Shown piece after piece: positions 63,936 to 64,000 of a stretch of 64,000 nt of DNA (positions are counted from its first letter, which is position 1; every line of letters starts with the position of its first letter). The notes under the pieces are model-generated. The model saw only the letters and a list, made by a program, of their open reading frames with translations. It was not told where the DNA came from and searched no databases. Made by a program: the position numbers and the translations under genes. The stretch is from Candidatus Binatia bacterium (lineage in GTDB: Bacteria; Desulfobacterota; Binatia; UBA9968; JAJDTQ01): contig OY762897.2 of NCBI GenBank assembly GCA_963666515.2, forward strand, positions 2,016,001 through 2,080,000, given 5' to 3'.

Positions 63936-64000
63936 ATGGCCAAGGTCGCAGCCGATAACCAGAAGAGACGTGACGAGTTGCACGCGAAGTTCGCCGACCT
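63936..64000 (+). CDS. Start of an ORF running off the window (possibly another cupin dioxygenase)
   Basis: AAAGGGA SD, MAKVAADNQKRRDELHAKFAD; weak resemblance to RLEELHRIMAE of 49999-51054. Confidence 0.4.
   Translation, partial: MAKVAADNQKRRDELHAKFAD

Noticed and set aside
1-64000. tRNA, rRNA, riboswitch, IS or prophage genes
   Set aside because: None recognisable by eye; a covariance-model search (tRNAscan-SE, Infernal/Rfam) would be needed to exclude small RNAs, e.g. in 32133-32331 or 13791-14028

Overview
High-GC bacterial chromosome segment with about 65 CDS. I found no rRNA, tRNA, CRISPR array or transposase. The gene content is reminiscent of uncultured Deltaproteobacteria/Binatia-like organisms (inference only). 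The left half holds housekeeping and stress genes (queG, apaH, tag, AlkA-family glycosylase, macAB-like, pspF-pspABC with a sigma54 promoter), a restriction-modification relic (NgoMIV-family nuclease with an internal deletion beside an intact SPPY amino-methyltransferase), and a lipid-linked mannosylation cluster (Dpm1-like GT2-GtrA, PIG-B/GT22-like, PIG-V/GT76-like, manC). At 30.4-32.1 kb is an AT-richer, translationally coupled three-gene cassette ending in a putative ADP-ribosyltransferase-fold gene, a candidate toxin-antitoxin-chaperone or anti-phage system. The right half (32-64 kb) is a large (hetero)aromatic-acid catabolic region: 2 UbiD, 2 dihydroxyphthalate-decarboxylase-like proteins, 3-4 gentisate-dioxygenase-like cupins, 3 DapA/NahE-family aldolases, 4 amidohydrolase_2 enzymes, a heme-oxygenase-like diiron enzyme and TctABC. 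It is interrupted by an islet encoding a membrane LuxR regulator, a secreted (G/N)DE-repeat hyperacidic protein and a TbpB-like lipoprotein. Three families of REP-like palindromes are scattered through the window, some overlapping gene ends. All family assignments come from motif recognition by eye, not from database searches.
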